In this document: positions 63,420-64,000 of the stretch, in pieces | How positions within the stretch are numbered: the stretch's first letter is position 1 | How the letters are laid out: each line of letters begins with the position of its first letter | DNA from: an uncultured Alphaproteobacteria bacterium | Lineage (GTDB): Bacteria > Pseudomonadota > Alphaproteobacteria > HIMB59 > GCA-002718135 | Assembly (NCBI GenBank): GCA_902597015.1 | Contig: CACJWQ010000002.1 | Location: 28,383-92,382, forward strand | Direction: 5' to 3' | Length of the DNA: 64,000 bases | Translations under genes and position numbers: made by a program | Notes under the pieces: generated by a model | Databases searched by the model: none | Told to the model about the DNA's origin: nothing | What the model saw: the letters and a program-made list of their open reading frames with translations, nothing else

Positions 63420-64000
63420 CTATCTTTTAAGAGCTCCATCTACGAGCCCGCTTTGAATTTGATTTCTAAATATTAGAAATACTATCATTGGTGGCATTGT
63501 GGCTAACATTAAAGCTGCAGTTTTTAATGTTGTCTCTGCAACATATCTTCCTTGGAAGGACATCATTCCAAGAGTAACTGTTCTGAGATCCATGTCATTT
63601 AAATAAATTAAAGGCCACATAAAATCATTAAATATCCAAACAAAGTAAATTATTGCAACTGTAACAACAGCAGGTTTTGCTAAAGGAACCATGATTTGAA
63701 AAAATATTACTAAGTCAGATGCCCCATCAATTTTTGCAGCTTCAATTAAATCTTTTGGTATTCCGAGAAAATAGGCTCTGAAAAAAAATATAGCAAAAGG
63801 GACCCAGGCTAAGTAAGTAAATATTACCGCAAAATATGTATTAACCAAACCAATTGTATTCATTATTTTAAAGGCAGGAATTAATATTACTTGTGGGGGT
63901 ATCATCATTCCTAAAAGAAAATAAAAGAAAATTAACATTCTTCCTCTAAATTCAAAATGTGCTAATCCATATCCAGCAGCACCACAAAAAGTCACAATTC
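63420..64000 (-). CDS. Carbohydrate ABC transporter permease (MalG/CUT1-type), N-terminus outside the window
   Basis: The C-terminal part contains the EAA loop IEAAKIDGASDLVIFFQIMVPLAKP. The ORF is open to the window edge. Confidence 0.85.
   Translation of the reverse strand, partial: IVTFCGAAGYGLAHFEFRGRMLIFFYFLLGMMIPPQVILIPAFKIMNTIGLVNTYFAVIFTYLAWVPFAIFFFRAYFLGIPKDLIEAAKIDGASDLVIFFQIMVPLAKPAVVTVAIIYFVWIFNDFMWPLIYLNDMDLRTVTLGMMSFQGRYVAETTLKTAALMLATMPPMIVFLIFRNQIQSGLVDGALKR

Noticed and set aside
1-64000. tRNA, rRNA, CRISPR arrays, riboswitches, transposases, integrases and prophage genes
   Set aside because: No GC-rich structured segments, spaced direct repeats or mobile-element ORFs were seen. 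All spacers are at most 174 bp and AT-rich. A covariance-model scan (tRNAscan-SE, Infernal/Rfam) would be needed to exclude small RNAs formally.

Overview
This window is a contiguous, very gene-dense chromosomal segment from a streamlined, strongly AT-rich alphaproteobacterium. It looks SAR11/Pelagibacterales-like. The supporting markers are a class I LysRS, 5-aminolevulinate synthase, a COQ9-like gene near rpsU, DUF1244, a GcrA-type Cys motif, split PntAA/PntAB/PntB, dimethylglycine dehydrogenase, and pervasive overlapping start and stop codons. I call about 70 protein-coding genes in 25 alternating strand blocks. I saw no rRNA, tRNA, CRISPR array, transposase, integrase or phage genes. All calls rest on motifs recognised by eye in the supplied ORF translations; no BLAST or HMM search was possible. 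Content is mostly housekeeping: L28, S21, PyrD, LysK, Def, UvrB, Nth, transhydrogenase, PepF, FadD, Pfk, Pyk, AspAT, a DppABC(DF)-type peptide transporter, and a seven-gene haem cluster. The most unusual element is an orphan stator-like pair (52531-55325). It combines a TolQ/MotA-like channel protein carrying a C-terminal coiled-coil tail with a MotB/TolR-like protein whose membrane Asp and OmpA-type peptidoglycan-binding domain are separated by about 400 residues of coiled coil. A periplasmic pentapeptide-repeat protein follows it. There is no flagellar, TonB, Tol-Pal or Zorya effector context. Other points worth a second look are listed below.
- A stand-alone GcrA C-terminal-domain protein with a CtrA-type TTAA-N7-TTAA box upstream.
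- An adrenodoxin-type ferredoxin and its reductase transcribed divergently from haem A synthase.
- A HemC protein with a HemD-like C-terminal extension.
- Pfk and Pyk in a SAR11-like background.
- A cytoplasmic GH29 fucosidase, mutarotase and ABC permease block that is clearly GC-richer than the adjoining extremely AT-rich KdgK/Eda genes.
- All 12 convergent gene junctions overlap, abut, or are 3 nt apart, six of them sharing the tetranucleotide TTAA as a stop codon on both strands.
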